From: an uncultured Solibacteraceae bacterium
GTDB lineage: Bacteria > Acidobacteriota > Terriglobia > Bryobacterales > Bryobacteraceae
Direction of reading: 5' to 3'
Assembly: GCA_964561215.1 (NCBI GenBank)
Contig: CAZLOS010000011.1
Coordinates: 7,143-71,142, forward strand
DNA: 64,000 nt
The translations under genes and the position numbers were made by a program. The notes under the pieces are model-generated. The model had not been told where the DNA came from, searched no databases, and saw only the letters and a list, made by a program, of their open reading frames with translations. Below are positions 31,793-40,653 of the stretch, in pieces. Position 1 is the first letter of the stretch; each line of letters begins with the position of its first letter.

Positions 31793-32311
31793 TTACGGCT
31801 GCGGCGCCATGCCCATGGCGGCCCACTCTTCCTTCGACGGGCCGTAGACGCCGGGCACGCGCAGGCCGGCCTGGCGCATCAGCACCGTCATCTGTCCGCG
31901 ATGGTGGCACTGGTGACCGATCAGCGCTCCGAGCACGCCGGCCTTGGTCCACATTTCGCCGTACATCGGAATGGTGTCGGTGAGCTGCGCGTCGGTCCAG
32001 GAGGCCCGCACGGCATCGGCCACGGCCTTCGCGCCTTTTTCGTAAGTGCCGGCGATGGCGGCCGCGGTGGACGGAACCGGTTGGTTTTCGGCGGTCGTAT
32101 GCACGGCGAGACCCGCGGCGCTCATCATCTCGCTGAGCGTCGTAGTGATGTGCCAGGCCAGAAAGCCGAGGGAGCGCCCTTCGGGGCTCACTTTCTGAGC
32201 GAGCGAAGCATCGGTCAACTCGCGAAAGACTTTCAGCGTGGCGTTGCTTTCGTAATCCCAGGCATTGAAGAAATCATTCACGTTGCGGAACATGCCTTCA
32301 AGATAGCCCAT
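31793..32311 (-). CDS. DinB-family metal-dependent protein
   Basis: 172 aa four-helix pattern with HQCHHRGQ. Confidence 0.8.
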   Translation of the reverse strand: MGYLEGMFRNVNDFFNAWDYESNATLKVFRELTDASLAQKVSPEGRSLGFLAWHITTTLSEMMSAAGLAVHTTAENQPVPSTAAAIAGTYEKGAKAVADAVRASWTDAQLTDTIPMYGEMWTKAGVLGALIGHQCHHRGQMTVLMRQAGLRVPGVYGPSKEEWAAMGMAPQP

Positions 32312-32361
32312 CGGGCCGCCACACGGCCACGCCGCCGGATTGTGATAAACAGTATTGAGGG

Positions 32362-33933
32362 ATGAGGACCCGCACTATGCCCAATACCGTCAGCCGCCGC
32401 CGGTTCGCCGCCGGAGCCGCGGCCAGTTTCTTCGCGTTGACCGCGCGCAAGTCCTATGGATTTCAAGCCGAGACGCGCCGCATCGCGGTCCATGCGGACG
32501 TTGAAATCGGGATCATACGGCCGGAACTGCACGGGCACTTTGCGGAGCATCTGGGCAGTTGCATCTATGGCGGCCTGTGGTTGGGCAAGGGCTCGCCGCT
32601 CGCCGACGCCAACGGCTTCCGCAAACAGGCCGTCCAGTACTTCAAGGAACTCGGTGTGCCGGTTCTGCGCTGGCCCGGCGGGTGCTTTGCCGACGATTAC
32701 CATTGGCGGGACGGCATCGGTCCTGTGGCGCGGCGTCCCAAGCGCGTCAACATCTGGTGGGGCAGCTACACCGAAGACAACAGCTTCGGCACGCACGAGT
32801 TCATCGCCATGTGCCGGGCCATCGGCGCCGAACCCTACTTCGCGGGCAACGTCGGCAGCGGCTCGCCCAGGGAGCTTCGCGACTGGGTGGAGTACTGCAA
32901 CTACCCGGCGGGCAGCACGCTCGCCGACGAGCGCGCCTCCAATGGAAGCGCGGAGCCGTTCCGTGTTCGTTATTGGGGCGTCGGCAACGAAAACTGGGGT
33001 TGTGGCGGCACCATGACCGCCGAGGAATACTGCACGCTCTACCGGCAGTTTGCCACATTCGTGCGGCCGTTTGGGGGCACGCAGCCGTACCTGATCGCCT
33101 GCGGTCCGAACAGCAACGATCTCGACTGGTCCCGCCGCTTCATGCAGTCCATGGAAGCGGCCAAATTGCGGCGGCGGCCCGACGGCGTCTCCATGCACTT
33201 CTACTCGGGAGGAAAGGACACGCCGCTCGCCTACACGGTGGAGAACATGCGCGAGCAACTTTCCAGTTTCGCCCGCATGGAGCAGGCGGTCCTGCAGCAG
33301 CGCGCCCTGCTGGATACCTACGATCCCGACCGCAAGATGGGCCTGCTCATCGACGAATGGGGCGTGTGGGACCGCATGATTCCCGAGGAGGAAAAAAGGC
33401 TGGGCCGGCTGTTCCAACAAAACACCATCCGCAGCGCGGTGGCTGCCACCATGGGCCTCAACGTCTTCCACCGCCAGGCCGACAAGCTGGCGATGTGCAA
33501 CATCGCCCAGACGGTGAACGTGCTGCACGCCATGCTGCTCACCGACCGCGACAAGTGCATCCGTACGCCCAGCTACTACGCCTTCCAGTTGGCCGCGCCG
33601 CACCGCGGCAAGGCAGCCGTGCGCCTGGAGAGCCAGAACGCCGCGCCGCTGGCGGTGTCGGCCGCCGCTTCGAGGCAGAACAACGAACTCGTGCTCACGC
33701 TGGCCAATCCCAAGCACGATACCGGCGTGAAGCTGGAGTGTCCGCTGCGCGGCGCCCGGGCCGTGGGCGCCGCGGCGCGGCTGCTCCATCATGAAGACTT
33801 CAACGCCGCCAACACCTTCGACGCGGCGGATCGCATCATGCCGCGCGAACACCCGGTGAACGTGAGCGGCAGCTCGATCGCCATTGAGCTGCCGCCGATG
33901 TCCGTGGCTACCGTGATCGCCCGTCTCGCGTAG
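32362..33933 (+). CDS. abfA: Alpha-L-arabinofuranosidase, GH51, Tat-exported
   Basis: Twin-arginine SRRRFAAGAAASF, LRWPGGCFADDYHW and catalytic WGVGNENWGCGG. Confidence 0.85.
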   Translation: MRTRTMPNTVSRRRFAAGAAASFFALTARKSYGFQAETRRIAVHADVEIGIIRPELHGHFAEHLGSCIYGGLWLGKGSPLADANGFRKQAVQYFKELGVPVLRWPGGCFADDYHWRDGIGPVARRPKRVNIWWGSYTEDNSFGTHEFIAMCRAIGAEPYFAGNVGSGSPRELRDWVEYCNYPAGSTLADERASNGSAEPFRVRYWGVGNENWGCGGTMTAEEYCTLYRQFATFVRPFGGTQPYLIACGPNSNDLDWSRRFMQSMEAAKLRRRPDGVSMHFYSGGKDTPLAYTVENMREQLSSFARMEQAVLQQRALLDTYDPDRKMGLLIDEWGVWDRMIPEEEKRLGRLFQQNTIRSAVAATMGLNVFHRQADKLAMCNIAQTVNVLHAMLLTDRDKCIRTPSYYAFQLAAPHRGKAAVRLESQNAAPLAVSAAASRQNNELVLTLANPKHDTGVKLECPLRGARAVGAAARLLHHEDFNAANTFDAADRIMPREHPVNVSGSSIAIELPPMSVATVIARLA

Positions 33934-33937
33934 CTCT

Positions 33938-35077
33938 CTACAGTGCCGCCACCAGTTTCGCGGTGAGGGCCACGCGATCCGCGATGCGGTCCACCAGGAT
34001 GCTTTCCTTGGGTGCGTGGAGGGCTTCGCCCACGCCGCCCAGGCCGTCGAGTGTCGGGATGCCGGCGGCAGCGGTAAAGTTGCCGTCGGAGCCGCCGCCC
34101 GTCGAGGTTTCCTTGAGTTCGACGCCAAGCTCGCGGGCGAGCTTCTGCGCCAGGCGAACCAACCTTGCCACACCGGGCGTGCGTTCGAGCGGCGGGCGGG
34201 TAACGCCGCCTTCCACGGCGATCGTGCAGCGCTTGTCGAAGGGCTTCAGTGCTCGGAACAGCCTCTCGACGCGGGCCCCGTCGCCGGCGCGCCACACGCG
34301 CACGTCACACTCCGCCGACGCGGATTCGGCCACCACGTTGGAACGCGTACCGCCCTGGATGACGCCCGGGTTGACCGTGACGCCTTTGTCGAGATCCGTG
34401 AATGCGGCGATGCGTTCGATCTGGCGCGCCAGTTCCACCACCGCGCTGGCGCCCGCGGCGAAATCCACGCCCGAGTGGGCGGCCCTGCCGTGGACGGCGA
34501 CGTGAAATTCGCCCGCCCCCTTGCGCGCGGTTTTTAGCCGGCCGTCCAGGCCGAGTGCGGGCTCCATCACCAGCACGGCCAGGCTGCGTAGCGCTTCGGC
34601 TTCCGTGTGCGGCCGGGATGAAGGACTACCCACCTCCTCATCGCTGTTGAGCTGCAACACCACATTGTGAGCGACGGGGATGTCCAGGTCGCGCAGCGCG
34701 CGCATCGCGAAAAGGAAGAACGCGATGCCGCATTTCATGTCGAATACGCCCGGTCCCCACAGCCGGCCATCGGCTTCCTTGAAGGGCATGGTCGCCAGCG
34801 TACCCACTGGCCACACGGTGTCGGCGTGGCCCAGCGCCATGATCTGCCCTTGTTTGCGGCGGCCCGGCAATTTGAACTTCAAGCGCAGAATGGGGCCGAA
34901 CTTCCCGCACCGGATCGTGCGTGGTACGGCGCAATCGGAGGCGCGGGAGGCGACCAGATCCACGAAGCGTTTCACCGCCGCCGGATCGTCAGTGGGCGAC
35001 TCGCAAGCGACGAATTCGCCGATCAGCGCCTTGACGTCGCTCAAATGCTCGCGGGCATAAGAAAGGTATGGGTCCAT
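33938..35077 (-). CDS. M20-family metallopeptidase (carboxypeptidase G2-like)
   Basis: ALGHADTVWP (HxDTV metal motif). ATG 35077 (MDPYLSY) preferred over the longer track start 35248. Confidence 0.75.
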   Translation of the reverse strand: MDPYLSYAREHLSDVKALIGEFVACESPTDDPAAVKRFVDLVASRASDCAVPRTIRCGKFGPILRLKFKLPGRRKQGQIMALGHADTVWPVGTLATMPFKEADGRLWGPGVFDMKCGIAFFLFAMRALRDLDIPVAHNVVLQLNSDEEVGSPSSRPHTEAEALRSLAVLVMEPALGLDGRLKTARKGAGEFHVAVHGRAAHSGVDFAAGASAVVELARQIERIAAFTDLDKGVTVNPGVIQGGTRSNVVAESASAECDVRVWRAGDGARVERLFRALKPFDKRCTIAVEGGVTRPPLERTPGVARLVRLAQKLARELGVELKETSTGGGSDGNFTAAAGIPTLDGLGGVGEALHAPKESILVDRIADRVALTAKLVAAL

Positions 35078-35081
35078 CGCT

Positions 35082-35090
35082 TGGTATAAT
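35082..35090 (+). promoter_or_regulatory. Candidate extended -10 promoter element for fabZ
   Basis: TGGTATAAT (TGn + perfect TATAAT at 35085-35090) lies 11 nt upstream of the fabZ ATG. No Shine-Dalgarno in between. Confidence 0.4.
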
Positions 35091-35101
35091 AACGAAACCG
35101 A

Positions 35102-35569
35102 ATGAGTGTATTGGATATTCAAGCTATACGCGAGATTCTGCCTCACCGCTTCCCCATGCTGCTGGTGGACCGCATCCTCGAGATGGAGCCCGATCGCATC
35201 GTGGGAATCAAGAACGTCACGGTGAACGAGCCTTTCTTTGCAGGGCACTTTCCCGAGTTCCCGGTGATGCCCGGCGTGCTGATCATCGAGGCGATGGCGC
35301 AGGTGGCCGGCGTGCTGGTGCTCAAGGAAATCGAGGACCGCAACGAAAAGCTGGTGCTACTGGCTTCCGTGGACAGTGCAAAGTTCCGCCGCCCCGTGCT
35401 GCCCGGCGACCAACTGCGCATCGAAATGAAGATGGTGAAGAAGAAGGCTTCGGTGGTGAAGATGCGCGGCGAGGCCACGGTGGACGGCGCCGTGGTGGCC
35501 GAAGCGGAAGTGATGTGCAAGCTCGCCGAGCGGCCCGACAAGCAGCCTGCCGAGACGCCCGGCGCCTGA
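35102..35569 (+). CDS. fabZ: 3-hydroxyacyl-ACP dehydratase FabZ
   Basis: LPHRFPMLLVDRI, NEPFFAGHFP and PGVLIIEAMAQ hot-dog motifs. Confidence 0.95.
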   Translation: MSVLDIQAIREILPHRFPMLLVDRILEMEPDRIVGIKNVTVNEPFFAGHFPEFPVMPGVLIIEAMAQVAGVLVLKEIEDRNEKLVLLASVDSAKFRRPVLPGDQLRIEMKMVKKKASVVKMRGEATVDGAVVAEAEVMCKLAERPDKQPAETPGA

Positions 35570-35579
35570 GGCGGCCTCC

Positions 35580-36356
35580 ATGTCCATCCATCCGTCGTCC
35601 ATCGTGGATCCGGCGGCGAAGATCGCGGAGACGGCCGATATCGGCCCCTGGTGTTACATCGGCCCGGAGGTCGAAATCGGCGCGCGCACGCGCCTGATGG
35701 CCCACGTCTACGTCGAAGGTGTCACCACCATCGGCGAGGACAACGTTTTCTTCCCATATACGACGGTCGGTGTGGCTTCGCAGGATTTGAAGTACAAAGG
35801 CGAGCGCTCGTATACCAGGATCGGCAACCGCAACCGGATACGCGAATTCATCACCATCCATCGAGGCACCGAAGGCGGGGGGCTGGTGACTTCGATCGGC
35901 GACGACAACCTGCTGATGGCTTACGTCCACGTGGCGCACGATGTGACCGTCGGCAGCCACACGATCCTGGCGAACGCGGTGACCTTCGGCGGGCACGTGA
36001 CCGTGGGCGACTGGGTGGTGATCGGCGCATCCACCGGAGTGCACCAGTTTTGCCGCATCGGCCGCCATGCGATGATCGGCGGCTACAGCGTGGTCACGCA
36101 GGACGTAATGCCCTACTCGACCACGGTGAGCGAACGCGAGATCAAGGTCTTCGGCGCCAACAAGACGGGACTCGAGCGGCGGGGCTTCCCGGCCGAGACC
36201 ATCGACGCGCTGCGCAAGGCCCTACGGCTTCTGACGCACGCCGGCCTGAACACCACGCAGGCGGTGGAGCGCATACGCGCCGAGGTCCCCGCGCTGCCTG
36301 AAATCGAAGAACTGCTCGAATTCATCGCCTCGAGCAAACGGGGCGTGGTGAAATAG
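35580..36356 (+). CDS. lpxA: Acyl-ACP--UDP-N-acetylglucosamine O-acyltransferase LpxA
   Basis: MSIHPSSIVDP start, left-handed beta-helix hexapeptide repeats and C-terminal GLERRGF...AL helical domain. Confidence 0.93.
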   Translation: MSIHPSSIVDPAAKIAETADIGPWCYIGPEVEIGARTRLMAHVYVEGVTTIGEDNVFFPYTTVGVASQDLKYKGERSYTRIGNRNRIREFITIHRGTEGGGLVTSIGDDNLLMAYVHVAHDVTVGSHTILANAVTFGGHVTVGDWVVIGASTGVHQFCRIGRHAMIGGYSVVTQDVMPYSTTVSEREIKVFGANKTGLERRGFPAETIDALRKALRLLTHAGLNTTQAVERIRAEVPALPEIEELLEFIASSKRGVVK

Positions 36357-36392
36357 CGGCAACGGGTGGACGCGCTTGTCCGCCGCACAAGT

Positions 36393-37211
36393 ATGCGATA
36401 CGGTCTGATAGCCGGCAACGGACGATTTCCCATCCTGGCGCTCGAATCCGCGCGAGCCCTGGGCCACGAAGTGGTCGTCATCGCCATCAAGGAAGAAGCC
36501 AGCGTCGAGGTTGAGCCGCTGGCCGCGCGCTGCTACTGGATCTCGCTCGGCCAGCTGAGCCGCCTCATCGAAATCCTCAAGGACGAGGGTATCCACGAAG
36601 TGACCATGGCGGGCCAGGTCAGGCACGCGCAGATCTTCTCGTCGATCCGTCCGGACTGGCGGCTTATGAAATTGCTTGCCTCGCTGGCCCGGAAGAACAC
36701 GGACTCGCTTATCGGCGCCGTCGTAAAAGTGCTGGCCGACGAGGGTATTTCGGTCATGGACTCGACGGCGCTGCTCAGACCGTTGCTGGCCGGCGAGGGC
36801 GTGCTGGCCAGACGCAAACCATCGAGCGACGAGCTTGCCGATATCGGCTACGGCCGCAAGATCGCCAACGCCCTGGCCGGCTTCGACATCGGGCAAAGCG
36901 TGGTGGTGGCCGACCACGCCTGCGTGGCGCTGGAGGCCATGGAAGGCACGGACGCCACGCTGCGGCGCGCGGCCTCGCTCGCCAACGGCAAGCCCCTGCG
37001 GCTCATCAAGGTGTCGCGGCGACGGCGGCACATGTTGTTCGACGTGCCGGTGGTGGGCCCGGCGACCATCGACGTCATGAAGGAAACCGGTGCCACCGTG
37101 GTAGCCGTGGACGCGGGCCGCACCCTCATGCTGGACCGCGAAGAGATGATCGAGAAGGCGTGCGAAGCCCAGGTGGCCGTGGTGGGCTGCGCTCCCGAGG
37201 AGGCGAATTGA
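36393..37211 (+). CDS. lpxI: LpxI-family UDP-2,3-diacylglucosamine diphosphatase (DUF1009)
   Basis: MRYGLIAGNGRFPI and DIGQSVVV...EAMEGTDATL follow the LpxI pattern. Sits directly after lpxA. Alternative GTG start at 36366. Confidence 0.75.
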   Translation: MRYGLIAGNGRFPILALESARALGHEVVVIAIKEEASVEVEPLAARCYWISLGQLSRLIEILKDEGIHEVTMAGQVRHAQIFSSIRPDWRLMKLLASLARKNTDSLIGAVVKVLADEGISVMDSTALLRPLLAGEGVLARRKPSSDELADIGYGRKIANALAGFDIGQSVVVADHACVALEAMEGTDATLRRAASLANGKPLRLIKVSRRRRHMLFDVPVVGPATIDVMKETGATVVAVDAGRTLMLDREEMIEKACEAQVAVVGCAPEEAN

Positions 37212-38179
37212 GCAAGATACGGATGGCTGTAGTAGGCGCCGGCCAATTCGGGCGCCGTCACATGCGCGTGATACGCGAGTGCGGCCGCGCCGAGCTCGTC
37301 GCCGCCGTGGACGCCAATGAAGCGAACGCCGAACAGGCCGCGGCGGAATTCGGGTGCGGCCACGCGACGAGCGTCGCGGAGCTTGCCGGGAAGATCGACG
37401 CCGCCATCGTGGCTGTGCCCACCACCGCGCACGCGGAGGTGGGTTGCGCGCTGATGGAAGCCGGCGTGGATGTGCTGGTCGAAAAGCCCATCGCGCCGGA
37501 CCTGGCTTCCGCACAGCGGCTCGTTGACGCAGCGGCTAAACATGGGCGCATTCTCCAGGTCGGCCACCTCGAAAGATTCAATCCGGCCATCGCGGCGCTG
37601 GCCGCAATCAGCAAGCTGCCGCTTTTCTTCGAGATACACCGCCTGAGCGTGTTCACGCCGCGCAGCCTCGACGTGGACGTCGTTCTCGACCTGATGATCC
37701 ACGACCTGGACATCGTGCTGGCCCTGGTAGGGCAGGCGCCCACGGAGATACAAGCGGCAGGCATCTCGATCCTTTCGCGCAAGGTGGACATCGCCAACGT
37801 GCGGCTGGCCTTCGCGAACGGTTGCATCGCCAATCTCACCGCCAGCCGCGTATCCACCGAGCGAGTGCGCAAGCTGCGCCTCTTCCAGCCGCGGGAGTAC
37901 ATCTCGGTGGACTACACACGGCAGGAAATCCACGTGCTGAAGGTGGGCGAGGACCATCAGATCCATCTCCAACCGCTTACGGTGGAGACGAAAGAACCGC
38001 TCCGGCTGGAACTGGAGAGCTTCCTCGACTCGGTGGAAACCCGCACGCGGCCGCGCGTGGCGGGCGAGGACGCTATGCGGGCCCTGGAGGTCGCGCTCGG
38101 CATTCTTGGTAAAATTGAAGAGCACACCCGGCTGGTCGCGCAAAGCGTTGCTGCGTATCGCGCCTCACATGGCGCATAG
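37208..38179 (+). CDS. Gfo/Idh/MocA-family NAD(P)-dependent oxidoreductase
   Basis: Rossmann motif MAVVGAGQFGRRH and EKP motif VLVEKPIA. The start is either TTG 37208 (overlapping the lpxI stop) or ATG 37223. Confidence 0.8.
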   Translation: MSKIRMAVVGAGQFGRRHMRVIRECGRAELVAAVDANEANAEQAAAEFGCGHATSVAELAGKIDAAIVAVPTTAHAEVGCALMEAGVDVLVEKPIAPDLASAQRLVDAAAKHGRILQVGHLERFNPAIAALAAISKLPLFFEIHRLSVFTPRSLDVDVVLDLMIHDLDIVLALVGQAPTEIQAAGISILSRKVDIANVRLAFANGCIANLTASRVSTERVRKLRLFQPREYISVDYTRQEIHVLKVGEDHQIHLQPLTVETKEPLRLELESFLDSVETRTRPRVAGEDAMRALEVALGILGKIEEHTRLVAQSVAAYRASHGA

Positions 38180-38230
38180 CCCGCGCCGGGCAACCTCGGC
38201 ACTCCGCCGAGCGTCCTGACTAGATGGCCC

Positions 38231-39280
38231 ATGAATACGCCCGTCCAGACCGAGCAGGCTGAGACCACGGCGCCCCCACTGTTGTTTCAATACGAGAAGC
38301 CGCGGGACCGGGCCAGCATCCTGCGCGCCGGGGTGGGTTCCATTGGCCTGCATGTCCTCGTCCTGGCGGCGCTCACCCTGCTGCCGGCGGGATCCGCTCT
38401 CCACCACCTTCCGGCCCGGGAACTGGCGCAGCGCATCACCCCGCTCATCGCGCCGCCGAGCGAACTTACCCAGACCGCGCAGAACCGGGGTCGCATCAGC
38501 AAGGAGCTCGATTTGCAGGGCTTGCTGCCGCGGCCGCGCATCACGGTGCCTCCGGGGATCGTCTCGACCACGCGTCCGGCCGCCTCCGCACCCGGCCTCA
38601 TTGCGCCGCCGTCATTGCCGGAGCCGCCCAGGATGGAGGCAGCGGCGCAAGTGCCGCAGGGACCGCCCCTGGGTGCGCCCAATATGCCGGTGCCGCAGAT
38701 CCAGCCCGTCGAAAAGCCGAAGTTGGCTTTCGAAAAGCCGGGCGCCACCACCGGAGCGCGGCAGGCGCCGTCGGGCAGCCTGGCACACACCCCCGGCATA
38801 GCCGCTCCCAATCAGTCCGTGCAAGAGGCGGGGCGCGTCGCGGCCAGGGGGCGGGGCGGCGGCGGTCTGACGATCGGCGACATCGGAGAAGGCATGGGCG
38901 GTTTGGGTGAAGGACTGAATCTGCCGCCTTCGCCGGGCCGCAACGCGAGTTCACTCGAACTGCTCAGCGATCCGATGGGTATCGACCTGCGGCCGTACCT
39001 GGTGCATGTGCTCTCGGCCGTGCGTCACAACTGGATGGCAGTGATGCCGGAAAGCGTGCGCTACGGACGGCGAGGCAGGGTGGTCATCCAATTCGCCATC
39101 GCCAAGGACGGCGGCGTGCCCAAGCTTGTGATCGTGATGCCGTCGGGAACCGACGCTCTGGACCGCGCCGCGGTGGCGGGCATCAGCGCCTCCAACCCGT
39201 TCCCGCCGCTGCCCGCCGAATATCGCGGCAACCAGCTTCGCCTGCAGCTCAATTTCAGTTACAACCTGCGCGGCCAGTAA
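38231..39280 (+). CDS. TonB-family energy transducer-like protein
   Basis: N-terminal TM (GSIGLHVLVLAALTLL), Pro-rich linker and C-terminal TonB_C-like GRVVIQFAIAKDGGV...NPFPPLP. Confidence 0.75.
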   Translation: MNTPVQTEQAETTAPPLLFQYEKPRDRASILRAGVGSIGLHVLVLAALTLLPAGSALHHLPARELAQRITPLIAPPSELTQTAQNRGRISKELDLQGLLPRPRITVPPGIVSTTRPAASAPGLIAPPSLPEPPRMEAAAQVPQGPPLGAPNMPVPQIQPVEKPKLAFEKPGATTGARQAPSGSLAHTPGIAAPNQSVQEAGRVAARGRGGGGLTIGDIGEGMGGLGEGLNLPPSPGRNASSLELLSDPMGIDLRPYLVHVLSAVRHNWMAVMPESVRYGRRGRVVIQFAIAKDGGVPKLVIVMPSGTDALDRAAVAGISASNPFPPLPAEYRGNQLRLQLNFSYNLRGQ

Positions 39281-39319
39281 GTGCGGCACCTGCCCGCCGT
39301 GCGACAATTGAATTCTCCG

Positions 39320-39475
39320 ATGCCGATCCGCTTCTATGCCGCCATGTCCTCTTACGCGATCCTCGCGCTGGCGGCCGGTCTCACGCTGGACGGCCAGTTT
39401 CGCATCGCGGTCTGGATTCTGCTGGCGGCCTTTGGCCTCAAGACGTACCTGGCCGTGCTGAAGCAGCGGCCCTAG
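39320..39475 (+). CDS. Small two-TM membrane protein (hypothetical)
   Basis: GC3-rich frame with two hydrophobic helices (AILALAAGLTL, IAVWILLAAFGL). The start is ambiguous (GTG 39281 abuts the tonB-like stop; ATG 39320). Confidence 0.45.
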   Translation: MPIRFYAAMSSYAILALAAGLTLDGQFRIAVWILLAAFGLKTYLAVLKQRP

Positions 39476-39886
39476 CCCGTGGTAGTAAGGTTGTTTTCCG
39501 GCTGCTATTCCTCTCAAGGTTCCTCGATAACAGCCGATTAGTACTCAGCGAGCGACGAGCAGGGTTGGACCGAGTTTCATTCTGAAACATCCGTTGCAAC
39601 CTAGAACTAGACCGGGCGAGAGTACTGTTCCGAACTGAGACTCATCCGGACGCGCTCAAGGAGTGCCCGGATGCCTCGCTACCATTCTCCAGAGCAATTA
39701 ACTCTTTTAGATCAACTAGATAGCCCCTCCCTGGACGATTCCAGATCTGGTTCTCCTTCACCCCAAACGGGTGTAGCCGGCACCCGCGCGCAACTTGGCG
39801 CGACGCGTGCACTTCCCTGTACACCGGCCGCGAAGGCCCGGCGACGTCCGCGAGCCGGACGAAAAGGGAAGGGAGAACGAGATCCG

Positions 39887-40645
39887 ATGCCAACAAGAAC
39901 CACAGCCGCCCAGAAGACGAAAGGCGCGACGGGCAAGCGGGATCGCGTGGTGTTGGAACACCTGCCGCTGGTGAAGGCCATCGCGGTGCGGGTCCACGAG
40001 AACCTGCCTGTTCACGTCGACCTCGACGATCTGGTGCACGCGGGCATCCTGGGTCTGTTCGACGCCGCCACCAAGTACAATCCGGACAAGCAGGTGGCGT
40101 TTTCGAGCTATGCGAAGCATCGGATCAAGGGCGCCATTCTCGACAGCCTGCGGCAGCTCGACTGGGCCTCGCGCGACCTGCGCCGCCGCCACAAGCAGGT
40201 AGAGACTGCCACGCGCGACCTCGCCGCATCGCTGCAACGGACCCCCACCGAGACCGAAATCGCCGCCAAGATGGGCGTCGAGGTGGAACGCTGGCGGCAA
40301 ATGGCGCTCGATCTCCGCAACGTGGGCCTGGTATCCGCCTCCACGCGGGCAGCCGAGCAGGAGGACCTTCCCGCACCCGATTTTCCCAGCAAACCCGAAA
40401 CGCAACCCGACAACATGTGCGCGCGGCGTCAGCTGCATGAGCTTCTCCAGGGAGCCATGACGCGGCTGCCGGAGCGGTATCAGAAAGTGGTGGTGCTCTA
40501 CTACACCAACGAGATGACCATGAAGGAGATTGGAGGCATCATGGGCATCAACGAAAGCCGCGTCTCGCAGATCCACAAAGCGGCCCTGGAGAAGATGGCC
40601 ACGGCGCTCGAAGAAGCGGGGATAGACTCGATCCGGGCGTTCTAG
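39887..40645 (+). CDS. FliA/WhiG-type (sigma-28 group) RNA polymerase sigma factor
   Basis: Region 2 LVHAGILGLFDAATKYNP...FSSYAKHRIKGAI and region 4 MTMKEIGGIMGINESRVSQIHKAAL. ATG 39887 is preceded by AAGGGAG. The 72 upstream codons have atypically low GC3. Confidence 0.85.
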   Translation: MPTRTTAAQKTKGATGKRDRVVLEHLPLVKAIAVRVHENLPVHVDLDDLVHAGILGLFDAATKYNPDKQVAFSSYAKHRIKGAILDSLRQLDWASRDLRRRHKQVETATRDLAASLQRTPTETEIAAKMGVEVERWRQMALDLRNVGLVSASTRAAEQEDLPAPDFPSKPETQPDNMCARRQLHELLQGAMTRLPERYQKVVVLYYTNEMTMKEIGGIMGINESRVSQIHKAALEKMATALEEAGIDSIRAF

Positions 40646-40653
40646 CAGCGAGG

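Noticed and set aside
32278-34173. 631-aa minus-strand ORF
   Set aside because: It lies antisense to the GH51 arabinofuranosidase gene (GNEN catalytic motif present on the plus strand). The product is Arg/Ala/Gly-rich.
36222-38143. Two ~430-aa minus-strand ORFs (36222-37514 and 36848-38143)
   Set aside because: They lie antisense to lpxI and the Gfo/Idh/MocA gene and have no recognisable domains. They are shadow ORFs.
39671-39886. 72-codon N-terminal extension of the FliA-type sigma factor
   Set aside because: Its codon usage (low GC3, rare Leu codons) is unlike all confident genes here. The internal ATG 39887 has a good SD and gives a normal-length sigma factor. The region is kept as an unexplained spacer in the findings.
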